The notes: generated from the letters alone by a model not told the origin. A stretch of 64,000 nucleotides of DNA from Podarcis muralis (GCF_964188315.1 NC_135656.1:38564001-38628000); one strand, 5' to 3'. Positions 12,871 through 24,544 are shown, numbered from the stretch's first letter. Numbers and translations are program-made.

Positions 12871-14669
12871 TAATCTCCATTGGCTCATGGTTGAAATCTT
12901 TCATTATGGCTCCCCCAATTGCAACCTATAGAGTTTGTGTACTTAAAATACTTAGTTATCGTAGAAAACTACTCAGTATGCCACTATCTGACAGTGTCTT
13001 GTTGTGGATAGTAGTGAGATAATTATCTTTCATTTAAAATTTGAGGACGCTCAATATTATTTAACATAAAATGGCCCAAGTAGTTGTAGCTCTTCTTCAT
13101 ATAATGGTACTTGGCACTATAAATCTTCAAGGCTGTTGCCAAAGATGATCTTCCTGATCTGTTAAAGAAACTTAATATACTAATTATTGGCACTTTTGCC
13201 TTAGTACTTTTACAATCTAAATGTTTTTTCCCTTCTCATTAAATTCTTCTCTGAGCTTTTAAGAGTTTACGGGGCATGCTGATGAATTGTTCTGAGCAGT
13301 ATTGGTGGGCTTCTGCATATGCTAAGAAAAGCCACTACCAACTAGGTCTTAATTTGGACCAAGGTGGCCTTCATACTGAAATCAATGCTAGAACTTGGTG
13401 ACCCCAGACTACGTAAAGTAATAAACAGGAAAATGCATTTGCGTATTTGCAGAATACCTCTCCTTCAGCACTGATTAACTACAATAAGCCGATTTATAGC
13501 TAAGTGATTTCAAGGTAATAGCATTAGTTGACGTTCTAGGCAGGTAAGAACGCAGATACTTCTCATTTTAAAAGTCAAATACTATCTTCAACAGTTGTAC
13601 TGCAGAGAAATTACTCTACAAAAGGCACCTCGCTACATGGTTACAGCACATGGAAGCAACTTATTGGAAAGAGAGTCCTCCAGTGATACATCTCACATAT
13701 CAGCAGACACCAGAGCTGGCCATGGGCACCAGGCCCTCAAAAACAATCACCAGACCAGCTTCAAGGCAGTAGGGCCAGGTGTGGCCATTTTAAAATCCCA
13801 ATTAAAACAACAACAACTGAACTTTCTTGAATGAAAAGCTGGCAGTGCTGAACAGGATTTGAGTCTCTGTGGAAGGGACAGGTAGAGGGCTTCTGGAGCT
13901 GCATGGCACTGTTTAAAAGACATCCATGTGCAACAACCAGGTTCATGGTGGCTAATGGATGGTTGGAAGTTGAGAGGAATGTAAAGATGCAGTAGTATTA
14001 AACTAAATAGCTAGGCTAGCACAAGAATTAGCTCAAATGCAACAGAATTTCCCCTCTCCTCCCCCTGTATGCACCCTGCACCATCCGCAAATCTGCTTCA
14101 GAAGCTTGGGAGAAAACCCTGAGGAAAGATGGAGAACATTCTGTTGTGGAAGGAGAAATCTGTTGCATAAGGACAGAGCAACCTATAGTCAGGTCGGGAG
14201 TCTGTGGCAGTACACCACTTTCCTGGATGCCAAGTCCCTCCCTTCAACATCTTGTTTTAGGTTTTGGCATCATCATATGTGCGTAAATAAGAGTGCTCAT
14301 TGAGGGGCTTACAAAAGGTCTCTTTCCCAGGGCCCACAAAAACCTGGATCTGGCCTTAGGGAGAAATCACGTATCCACAGCTGTCAATGCCATGTCACAC
14401 GAATTCTTCAAATAGCTTTTAACTTGGCAATAGTGTAATGCACTGTTAAAAGTACCAAAGCAATAAAATATTTGCCCTGACCAATAGCCAACATCACAAG
14501 GAAAGGGAATTTGTGGAGTTGTAACGAGAATGGCAGTTGAGCTGCTGGGAAGAAAACTGTTGGAGAAGAGGAAGAAGAAGTGAAAGCTGAAGAAGGAAGA
14601 AGTAACCTTTTGGGAAACTAGGACAATTCAGTGGATCAATGAACAACTTTGGATAGACAGTTGGGACAG

Positions 14670-14670
<1 letters not shown>

Positions 14671-14716
<46 letters not shown>

Positions 14717-15188
14717 GCCACCCAACTGACTGGGTTGCCCCAAACACTCTGGGTAGCTCCCAACAACCTCAAACATTAAAAATTTCCCTGTACAGGACTG
14801 CCTTCAGGTGTCTTCAAAAATTCATATACAGTGGTACCTCTGGTTAAGAACTTAATTCGTTCTGGAGGTCTGCTCTTAACCTGAAGCACCACTTTAGCTA
14901 ATGGGGCCTCCTGCTGCCACCACGCCGCCGGAGCACGATTTCTGTTCTCATCCTGAAGCAAAGTTCTTAACCCGAGGTAATATTTCTGGGTTAGTGGAGT
15001 CTGTAACCTGAAGCATATGTAACCTGAAGCCTATGTAACCCAAGGTACCACTGTAGTTGTTTATCTGTTTGACATCTGATGGAAGGGCATTCCACAGGGC
15101 GGGCGCCACTACCAAGAAGGCCCTCTGCCTAGTTCCATGTAACTGCACTTCTCGCAGTGAGGGAACCGTCAGAAGGCCCTCGGCACTG
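14671..15188 (-). mobile_element. L2 LINE 3' fragment with (TAA)14 tail, split by a MITE
   Basis: Minus-strand translation RQRAFLVVAPALWNALP matches the L2 ORF2 C-terminal RAFS..AP.LWN.LP motif. (ATT)14 at 14671-14712 is the tail. Interrupted at 14829-15053. Confidence 0.8.
14829..15053. mobile_element. Tc1/mariner-superfamily (pogo/Tigger-like) MITE, copy 1
   Basis: TA|CAGTGGTACCT...AGGTACCACTG|TA: terminal inverted repeats plus TA duplication. 225 bp, slightly shorter than the other three copies. Confidence 0.9.
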
Positions 15189-15827
15189 TTTTAGTTTCTT
15201 TGAATTAATAGTTGATTTCACTGACAGCAGTGTTTTTTATTGCTGACCTACTCTTGACAGGTATCAGTGTGCACATCAGTTCCTCCTATGGCACTTACAA
15301 AAGATCTGAGTAAATATCACATCAAAACTCTACAATACATAAGAGACTGTTTGCTCTTCCTGCTCCAGGCTCACCCTCTCCTGCACCCCTTTAACCATGC
15401 ACACATTTCATAGGATGCCAGGATTGGATTTCCATCCTCCCTTTTGTTCTGAACAAAGGAGAGGTGGCAAAGAGCTTTGCTCTTCAAGCGAGCACAATAG
15501 TGGCTGATGTGCGTTCCTTTTTTTCAATGATGGAGGATATGTCTGCACCATTCTGTGTTTCTGTCTCTTTTTTATGTGGCAACCATTTTGAGTTTTGCCA
15601 TGCCCCCATGGCAGCCATTTTCTGTTATGCCACAACCTTGCAGTAGCCATCTTGTCACTGGTTCCCATGGCACTTCCTCAAAATTTCAAATTGCCCACTG
15701 CCCTCCAAACAGGAGGCAGGCTCTTAGTAGGGAGAAATTTTGTAAATAACTGTTCCAGTAAGATCCCAGTAACATCCTTTGTGTAGTATACCCACACTCT
15801 GGTTGTGGCACATTATGATCTGGATCA

Positions 15828-15828
<1 letters not shown>

Positions 15829-15868
<40 letters not shown>
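15829..15868. repeat. (ATTG)10 microsatellite
   Basis: Ten perfect units counted. Confidence 0.95.
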
Positions 15869-15869
<1 letters not shown>

Positions 15870-16750
15870 GGTGCGTGGATTAGGTGTATGTTCAGTCTTT
15901 TTATCTGTTTCAGCTGCAGGAGTCCACGTTACAAAACTATAATAGCTGCTTCAATGCTCTCTACAGCCTGATTCATTCAACAATTGTCCCAACATCTGCT
16001 TTTCCATTTTTCTCCTGGAACTGATTGCAAACACTGTAGATGGTTAAGATCTGTGCCTTAATTACAAGCACATGGAAGGCTGGCTGCGCCTGAGAGGATG
16101 GTGGTGAGAGCTGTCTCAGGAAATGCAAGCAAGCTGTGACGCGTGTACATGTCACATTCACTTTCCTGATGTATTGCTGATTGGGGCTCTCGGTCCAAAA
16201 CAAACACTACCTAGTATACAGAATTTGGAGCCCGTTTCCTCCGCTTGCAAGTGTCAGGGTCTGGAAGGAGGTTCCACAACGAAAACAGCAATGCTGTTCT
16301 GAATGGTGGCAGCAGCAATGAGAAAAGCAGATTGTTCCTGGTCCCCCAACTTACAGGTTTTGAGAAATTTGTTGTCAGAAGGGGACTCCTGTCTTGAGTG
16401 GACCTACCTCTTCCTCCTTCTTGCTACTGTTGGTGCTGTCCATTCACTTGTCTCTCCCTCTGGGCCCAGATAGGACTATCTCCCAGAGGGAGGGAGGAAA
16501 GGAGGGAGGGATGGAGAAGGGCAAGGCATATAGGGAGGTACTGCTTCTTAATGCTCCTCATACCGCTTGCTCAGACAGAGAGGACAGGGGAACAGACAGA
16601 AGAAACAAACAAGTGGAGCAGCAGGACCAGGAGGCTCTGAGGAGTGTCTTAGTGTCCTTCCTGGGCTGCAGGCCTTGGCAGATACTCAGTGAAGGCAACT
16701 CCTGATGCTGTCCCTGTCTGCTTCCAGTTTATTTTATGCTTTGGAACCAT

Positions 16751-16897
16751 ACATAGAATCAGAACTGTAGAGTTGGAAGGGGCCACAAGGGTTGTCTAGT
16801 CCAACCCCCTGCAATGCAGGAGTCTTTCACCCAATGTGAGCCCAAACCCACGACCCTGGGATTAAGAGTCACAGCTTCTACTGACTGAGCCATGCAC
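16751..16897 (-). mobile_element. Short SINE: tRNA-Lys(CTT)-derived head plus CR1-type 3' tail
   Basis: Minus strand GCTCAGTCAGTAGAAGCTGTGACTCTTAATCCCAGGGTCGTGGGTTTGGGCTCACATTGGGTG aligns to vertebrate tRNA-Lys-CTT. It is followed by TCCTGCATTGCAGGGGGTTGGACTAGA...CCTTCCAACTCTACAGTTCTGATTCTATG (CR1 tail). Confidence 0.8.
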
Positions 16898-17162
16898 CTT
16901 GTTAGAAATGATTGATAGACAGGAAATAATATGCAACCCTGTCCTAGCTATACATGAAAAGAGAAACTGTCGTGTCATGACATTTTCCCTAGGTGAAAGC
17001 GGCTAGTGACCCAGCACACACACATGTACACACACACACACACACGCACCATATTGCCCTGTAGCAGGTAGCATAGCTCATTGGCTTGCATCTTTTGAGG
17101 ATTTGTTTTCTTTCTTTCTGCAAGCATTTGGTGTGGTGAACCTTGATCCCACTTTTCACATA

Positions 17163-17403
17163 CAGTGGTACCTCTAGTTATGAACTTAATTCGTTCTGGA
17201 GGTCCATTCTTAACCTGAAACTGTTCTTAACTAGAGGCGTGCTTTCGCTAATGGGGCCTCTTGCTGCCGCTGTGCTGCCGGCACACGATTTCCGTTCTCA
17301 CCCTGGGGCAAAGTTCTCAACTCGAGGTAACTCTTCCAGGTTAGCGGAGTTCGTAACCTGAAGTGTTTGTAACCTGAGGTGTTTGTAACTTGAGGTACCA
17401 CTG
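17163..17403. mobile_element. pogo/Tigger-like MITE, copy 2
   Basis: TA|CAGTGGTACCTC...GAGGTACCACTG|TA, 241 bp, same family as the 14829 copy. Confidence 0.9.
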
Positions 17404-18421
17404 TACTGTGATCTAAATTATTGGGTTAATCATTAGAATAGCTTGTGGCAGGTGTCGGACTTGTAAACCTGTAGATCTCCTCCCCCCCCCATCCAATTCT
17501 ATGATCTGGCAATCAAACTGTGCTCACACTGGTGAAATGGATGAGGAGAACATACAGTATTTAAACTAAGTCACATATGTAGGAGTCAGGATTGCAGTTT
17601 TCCCCTCCTCTGGAAACATAAAGTAACACGAGTAAAACTTGGAGATGAGTTTCCTGAGAGGTTTGATACCACTGGTACTGGGGGGCTAGCAGACTCGATG
17701 ATTCTGGAAAGGTGTGAGTCTCTAGCAAGCCTCCATAAAGACTTGTAGCTTACAATAATTTCAGTGGTTTAGGGTAACAAAAAAGGGCCAGAATCCACAT
17801 TGCAGGAGGAAACAGATACGCCACTGCCTCCTCACATAATCCTTTGCTCCCCTTCCCAGAGGGTCTCTATTTTCCATCTCCTACAAAGGCTAACCCTCTT
17901 GTTTCCATTATGGCTAGAAGAGAACCTGTCAGACATGATGGCCATCTATGCTCTTGCAAAGTGTCTTGTTGCAGACACCGAACATCACCTCTCAGCACTA
18001 CCTTGCTTACGCTTGGCTTTGGAGCAGAGTCTGCATCTGAGGAGCCGACATCCTCTGAGAATGTTTCCAAGCCCTCGTTTCTCACTCCAGTCTAAATTAC
18101 CCTGTAGTTAGACACTGATCTGGCTCAGATAAAATAATTGTAAGATTGCTTTGAAGCTCTTGTTCCCAATGAACGTTTTGATCCTTGTTGGCTGCCTCAT
18201 GCTTGGCTATTTGGGATAGTGTCTGGAAAAGAAGCAAAACACTTATGCATTCCAAATGCTGGTGGATTTTTAGCTTATTTACGAGGATCTGGAATCGTCC
18301 TGGCTGGGGCAGTTCACTGCAAGGAGACACTGGCTCTAGTTTCTATTACCCAGTGCCTACTTTTGAGACAAAGGATGTGTACAGCAAAGCCCAAGCTGCC
18401 ATCCTATCTTCACACAGAAAG

Positions 18422-18610
18422 TCAGTGTGGTGGAGTGGTAAGATTGTTGAATTTGGATGGGGGAATCCCAGGTTGAAATCCTGGCTTAGCTATGGAGTTT
18501 ACTGGGTGACTTTGGGGGCTCTTCCTGGGTGACAGGGTTGCAGATGATAAAATGGGAGGATCTCATGCCTGTACCCCAAGTTCACTCCTTGGAAACAAGT
18601 GGAACATGCA
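18422..18610 (+). mobile_element. Old MIR/Ther1- or Squam3-like SINE
   Basis: CAGTGTGGTGGAGTGGTAAGA (A box), GGTTGAAATCC (B box) and CTGGGTGACTTTGGG (CORE-like). Heavily diverged. Confidence 0.6.
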
Positions 18611-19103
18611 GGTGTGATACATAACATATAATTCAATACTCAGAAAGCTGTTCTCGAGCATTTGCTATCTTTTATTCACTGAGCCCACTGTTAAAGTCTG
18701 CCATACCACTTTCAAGAGTAAGGTAGAAGGCAGTAGAGTTTACCCCAGAGAGTAGGGGGAAAAATGTGCTCATTCCCATTTGTGGGTGCCGCTGTCTGCA
18801 ACCTCATTTTTATTTTTATTTTGTTATACATTTTAAGGCATCCTATTACTCAGCAGAAATTATGACCAATGAACAATAAATATGGGCCAATTGTACCGGA
18901 GAATTTATGTAGCTTCAAAGACTCAGGAATACATTTATAAACTGCAAAATGGGAAATATCCTCCCCAACCCCAATAATCAATATCAGATTAAGTGACAAA
19001 TAGAAGTGGGAGGGCTGGATTCTCAGGTTTTGGGGTGTGAGGTGAGGAATGATGGATAATATGATACATAAATGATAAAGGGCCTTCCAGAATCAGTATC
19101 CTT

Positions 19104-19197
19104 ATTGGTATCTTAATGTTTTATAGAAAACTAGCAATAAATGTATAAAATCAGATATATTTATTGCTACCTTTCTATAAAACGTTAGGATACCAAT
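19104..19197. repeat. 94-bp AT-rich imperfect inverted repeat (hairpin)
   Basis: Left arm TTGGTATCTTAATGTTTTATAGAAAACTAGCAATAAAT versus reverse complement of the right arm TTGGTATCCTAACGTTTTATAGAAAGGTAGCAATAAAT: 34/38 matched, with a loop of about 16 nt. Confidence 0.9.
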
Positions 19198-19653
19198 CCT
19201 CCCTCCCAAAAATCAGCCAACTACAATAGTCTTATTTCAACAGTGAATCCTACAATTTTCCTGTTGTGCATTGAGTTTTGTGGGAAATAAAACATTAATA
19301 TTAAAATTTGTGATAATTATTTTCTGCATATAGGAGCAGCTTCCACCAATATATCCATGTAATCCAGGGTGGGCAACCTCTTTCAGCCTAGGGGCCACAT
19401 TCTAATTCTAGGCAACTTTCCAGGGGGCAAATGCCAGTGGTAGCTGGGGCCACTCAGGGAGGGTGCAATGCAATGGCCTGGGGAGAAGGGTGCTGGCTGA
19501 GGGGAGTCCTGAGGGCCAGATAAAGAGGCACAGAGGGATGCATTCAGTCGCTGGGACTGAGGTTTCCCATTCCAGAAGCAATTGCTCATTTCCTCTTAGC
19601 ATTACAATGCTGTGCTATAAAGCAACACATTGGAGAACTTCTATTGTTTAGTC

Positions 19654-19904
19654 CAGGGGTCAGCAAACTTTTTCAGCAGGGGGCCGGTCCACTGTCCCTC
19701 AGACCTTGTGGGAGGCCCTGACTATATTTTGGGGAGAAAAATGAACAAATCCCTATGCCCCACAAATAACCCAGAGATGCATTTAAAATAAAAGGACACA
19801 TTCTACTCATGTAAAAACACACTGATTCCCGGACCGTCAGCAGGCTGGATTTAGAAGGCGATTGGGCCGCATCCGGCCTCTGGGCCTTAGGCTACCTACC
19901 CATG
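19654..19904. mobile_element. hAT non-autonomous element (251 bp), copy 1
   Basis: Starts CAGGGGTCAGCAAAC and ends ..CCTACCCATG. Perfect 8-bp TSD GTTTAGTC at 19646-19653 and 19905-19912. Confidence 0.9.
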
Positions 19905-20164
19905 GTTTAGTCTTTAACTGATGCACACTGTTGAACAACTCTGAGGAGGGAACATACGTTTCCATTTCTTTCCCCAGAGTTGTTTGCTGTCATTCTTGTA
20001 CAATGGCCATAATGACCAAATAATGCATATATATTTCAGCAGCCACCCTGGTTCAAATGATCTTTGGTGAGTACTCTTACACACTGCCCTTTGCTGTTCC
20101 TTAAACAAGTGCACTGTGAGTGTTAACATGGCTTATGCCATATTTGTATATAGGTGGCTAAAAG

Positions 20165-20330
20165 CATTGGAAACTGCCTTATACCAGGTCAGACCACTCA
20201 TCTATCTAGCTTATTATTGCCTACCCTGACTGTCAGCATATCTCTTCTGAAGGAGTCTTTCCTTGTTCTACTTAACAGGGGACTTTTGCAAACAAGGCTT
20301 GTGCTCTACTACTCAGCTACAGCTCTTTAC
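20165..20330 (-). mobile_element. tRNA-Ala-type SINE (Squam2-like), degraded
   Basis: Reverse-strand match to the family seen at 30361 and 46376 (GGAAACTGCCTTATACCAGGTCAGACCA..TCTAGC at one end, A-box remnant at the other). Confidence 0.6.
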
Positions 20331-22229
20331 CCAACATATTTTAGTGCTGGTTTAGTTTTTGCAATATGTCTGCCCGTATTGGTTTGTGTGTTGTGTCTTC
20401 CAGATGTGTGGGTACAGGTCATATGCCCATCACCTTCAGAGATCAAAGTGTTTTACTGTTTTTAATTTCTCATTTTAATATCACTCTTGCACTATTGGAA
20501 AAGTTCCAAAAGAGCTGCAGAATCAGGTCAGCAAATACTTTCCAGTTTCTACCAGGCAAAATGATTTCTGTGCACAGGACAGGGGGAATGCTATCTGCAA
20601 TGTATGCATGTTTACTATTCTCTTTTTTTACAAGCACCTCCAATAACAACACACAGACCGGCATTGTGTAAATGACAAGAACAGGAGGCTGGCAGCCTTT
20701 ACAGAAAGACCATTCCTTGCCACAGGGTCGGGCAGCATTAATTAAGGGGCTGCATTTATAGGGTTAATAAGTCAATCCTGTAGATTTCTGGGGACAGAGT
20801 TTAAACTACTACAGCCATATCTCCAGCTCTTTAAAAGAAAGTGAGGGCACTAATTGTTTTACACTTTTAAATTCAACAAACAGTGTGCACTTGGGGAAGC
20901 TGCAGTGTCCAGCGGAAAGTGTCAAGAGGTTTATTTTTGTTGAGACCTGTGAAAGGGTCTGAGCTTGAAGCTTTCAGATACTGCTTCCCCGCCTGGAGCT
21001 ACAGCATGTAAACAGTTTATTTAACATGATTTTTTGGCATGTCTTCAATAAACCCCTATAATAATTCCCCTGGCAGACCAAACATATTGCAGATTAACAG
21101 ACATGGCTACAGTAAAACACCCAAGTGGCCCCTCCCCTGCTTTCCTGTTTGTGCACAATGTAAGACCCAGTACTTAGCTATGTTTATGCCTCTGTCCCTA
21201 GCCATTTCTGTGGGGCACGGAGCAGCTCCTATCGAAAAGTTGCTTTAGACTAAATCCAAAAGAGGGAAAACATCTCCCACCCTTGACCTTAGTGCCCTCT
21301 AAACAAGGTTCCTAATACACTTAAATCTAGTTTATAAAATGTGTTAGGTGTTGACTGTTGTTTATCTGGGAGTTTACAGGCTTGAGGAAAATCTGAATTA
21401 ATGCTAAAGTCACCTATGGCTTACATTTCGTTTCAATGCACCCAAGTTCATTAAAAGTTTATCGTCTCCATGAAACTAAAAATTGTGCCTATAGCAAGTG
21501 ATTTAATCTCCTTAGGGCTGAAACCGCACGAACTGAACACTGTTGCCTTCTGAAGCACAAATTACCGAAAGCCCAACAGCCACGGATAGGGGGTCAGCAA
21601 GGAGCACAGGGGGCCTGTGTCACCTGCATTGCTAGCATAGTTTGGCCAGTGCACTTCACTATGTAAGGGGCTGGCAGCCGGCCATATCACAGCACAACGG
21701 AGAGACTGCCAGACCCAGGAGTCCGTCATCAGCTGCTCAGTGTCATGGCTTCAACACTTTCCTCCAGAGGCCATGAATTGTGCGATATTTGAACAAACAA
21801 ATGTCATGTGCAAGGGTGCTGGTCAAACATCTACTGGCAACAAAATACAGAGCAGGCCTAAACCTTGGCTTTGTCTTTCCTCATCTGGGAATACTCAATT
21901 TTCTTAAAGAAACAGAACCTCATGTTGGCCATGAGCTTAAATTGCAGATTAATCTGAGCCAACGCTCACTAAGGATTAATCCCGGAACCTGTTTTTAATG
22001 CAGAGGTCAATTTTGGAAAATATTGTTATTCACAGTCTGCACCTGATCATCTGGAGAGTGCATTTCCTTCATCACTAAGTAACTTTATGGATCTCACGTA
22101 TTTGAGATTAGGGACAATGTTTTTCAGGGTAGAGAGGAAGTTGGTGAGCTAGCTTCTACCACTCCTATGCAGAAGGAAAAGGGAAAGGTAGCAACAAGAC
22201 ACGGTGACAGCCATGATGAGAGATAAAAC

Positions 22230-22610
22230 ATATGGGATCCTTGATTCTAGACTGGAAGCCCTACATTCCAACATAATCAATTTTCTGCATTCCAGACTGG
22301 GTGTAACAGTGCCAGAAGGACATGGGCAAATCCAGAGGGAATTCAAAGAGTACCCAAGGGGCTACTTGATGAGGTCAAACTCTTAAAGCTAAATATTTAC
22401 AGCATCTGAAAGTGACAGCTAAGAAGGGACACGATAACTGTTGGCAAATAGTTGAAGACTTTAGTGAGCTCAGGAAAAGAGACAAATTACTCAGTGACAC
22501 ACATTTGGGAGAATAGCAGGCAGTGATTAAGCAGAAACTAAGGGCAAAGAAGATTTAGGCAAAAATTAACTGGTAGCAAAATGCCCTAGATTGGATATCT
22601 TGTAAGGAGA
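22230..22610 (+). mobile_element. Very old CR1 ORF2 3' fragment
   Basis: Weak resemblance only (..AAGAAGGGACACGATAAC..GTTGAAG; AAGATTTAGGC..; AATGCCCTAG). Confidence 0.35.
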
Positions 22611-23021
22611 AAGGGGTGATACTTCATTGTTAGGCTAATTAAAAGCCAGAACATATTATATATGTCTACCACAGGCATCAAACAGCTGCACTAATATGTT
22701 CAAAATCTTAGTGAATAATGATTATTGGACTTGAAAAGGTGCCTTTATTTTCTAAAACACACAAATCTCTTTATCAAAAACAACACTGTTTATTGGGAAA
22801 TTCCAAATCAAAAGCCTTGGTGCTTGGCAAATCTTATTAATTATTTGTACTCAAAAGTACATGCACTAGGTCTCTTCCAACTTTACAATACTATGATGCT
22901 ATGAACTCATAGTAGTATCTTTATTCTGTAGTAACAATATACAGTACAGCCTAATTAGAGTTGCATATGTAAAAGGAAAGAGAAAATGTAAATCTTTTTG
23001 TGTACCCTTGTTGAAAGAGTT

Positions 23022-23220
23022 AGTCCGCATTCCTAAACACAGTGAGTGCTATTCAGCTAAATTTTACTCAGAAAATTAACGAAGGTCATTAAGATAGGTC
23101 CATTAAATTCAGTAGGTTTACTCTGAGTAAAACTTAGTTGAATGGCACCGATTTACTTGAGGATAAACTCCATTAAACTCAATGGAACTCACTTCTGAAT
23201 AACATGCATAGGATTGGGCC
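23022..23220. mobile_element. Small palindromic MITE (Harbinger-like) split by a second palindromic element
   Basis: CGCATTCCTAAACACA (5' part) and ATTTACTTGAGGATAAAC..ACTTCTGAATAACATGCATAGGATTGGGCC (3' part) together align to the intact copy at 23519-23607. Confidence 0.55.
23046..23148. mobile_element. Palindromic mini-element with 27-bp terminal inverted repeats
   Basis: GTGCTATTCAGCTAAATTTTACTCAGA versus reverse complement of TCTGAGTAAAACTTAGTTGAATGGCAC: 24/27 matched. A partial relative lies at about 32162-32236. Confidence 0.7.
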
Positions 23221-23401
23221 ATTAGCTGACTTACTTATCTCTCATAAAACTTATCCTAACTGGAAGAGAAGCTGAACTCTTGCAAGGAGCTGTGATTTGG
23301 TCCAATTTAGTGGTTTAATTCTTTCAATGTTTGTCTAGCTTGTCAGTGAAGACAAATTCCAGATGGGAGTAGCCTGTTATAGCAAACATTGGGGGGGGGG
23401 G

Positions 23402-23633
23402 GAGTTTTCTGGCACCTTAAAGACTAACAGATTTATTGTGGCATTGGCTTTTGTAGACTAGAATATCGGATGAAGCGGTTTCTAGACCATGAAAGCTTAT
23501 GCTACAATAAATCCGTTAGGCTGCAATCCTAACTCCACTTATCTGGGACTAAGCCCCACTGAATTTAATAAGGCTTACTTCTGAACAGGAATGGTTAAGT
23601 TGCACTTTTAGTCTTTAAAGTACCAGAAGACTC
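23402..23633. mobile_element. Penelope-like element pseudo-LTR remnant arranged as an inverted repeat, interrupted by a MITE
   Basis: Left arm GAGTTTTCTGGCACCTTAAAGACTAACAGATTTATTGTGGCAT mirrors the right arm ATGCTACAATAAATCCGTTA[insert]GTCTTTAAAGTACCAGAAGACTC. Resembles the recalled reptile Penelope terminal sequence. Confidence 0.65.
23519..23607. mobile_element. Roughly 90-bp palindromic MITE with TTA duplication (PIF/Harbinger-like)
   Basis: TTA at 23516-23518 and 23608-23610, where the mirror arm of the host repeat has a single TTA. Ends GGCTGCAATCCTAAC.. / ..GTTAAGTTGCAC. A relative lies at about 60322-60406. Confidence 0.7.
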
Positions 23634-23649
23634 TTTTTCTTTTTTTCAT

Positions 23650-23894
23650 GAAGAGAAGAGTTTGGATTTGATATCCCGCTTTATCACTACCCTAGAAAGT
23701 CTCAAAGCGGCTAACATTCTCCTTTCCCTTCCTTCCCCACAACAAACACTCTGTGAGGTGAGTGAGGCTGAGAGACTTCAGAGAAGTGTGACTAGCCCAA
23801 GGTCCCCCAGCAGCTGCATGTGGAGGAGCAGGGAATCGATCCCTGTTCACCAGACTACGAGTCCATGGCTCTTAACCACTACACCACGCTGGCT
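23650..23894 (-). mobile_element. Squam3-type SINE, full length
   Basis: Nearly identical to 9021-9274 and 56141-56378. Confidence 0.9.
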
Positions 23895-24544
23895 GTCTCT
23901 CTCTCTTTCTTCATGGTTCACAGATAGCAGTTATAAAAGATTTTAAAATGACAAGAAAGACTGGTCCCAATGGATGACATCTGACTACTAGAGAATTAGA
24001 TTGTTTGTGTTGGCTGCCTCATACACACCCTTGAAGTGAGTTTCAATCTATGACCTCGTCTGTTAGCTTCCTTTCCCATTCCACATACTTCTTGCCCTTG
24101 ACAACAGACCTGTTCTATACCTTGGCTTGTTTCCAAGGGCAAGTGCTGTCTAATTTACCCTATACCAGCTCCCCCACCGATCATGCCATGCTTCATTGCC
24201 AGACCTCACAGTGGTCCACTTTTAAGTCTTGAGTCCCCTTTGTTCCAGCCAGCATCCTCCTACCTACACCAATGTAACAGACCATCTCCTTCCAGCCTTC
24301 CAACAAGCATTTCATCCTTCTCCATCAGCTTGAACCATCACATTCCATCAACTCCCCTCAAAAAAAAATCCATTATGCTAGAAAGCCTTTCCTTGCTGGC
24401 TAGAAATTGAAAAGAGCCTTATGATGGTGTTCACCTTCAGACTGGTATTTGGAGGTATGTAGCGGTAGCAGAACAAGTAAGACAAAATGAGTTTCGGTAC
24501 TGGAAGGATCTCCATTGCCTGACAACTCTTGGAGGCAGTACACT

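Noticed and set aside
12746-14772. Poly-Leu (12746-12931) and poly-Asn (14494-14772) ORFs
   Set aside because: They are produced by (ATT)n LINE tails, not homopolymer proteins.
14776-14961. Recurring LQDENRN..WQQEAPLAKVVLQVK ORFs (14776, 63598)
   Set aside because: They are translations of the non-coding pogo-like MITE.
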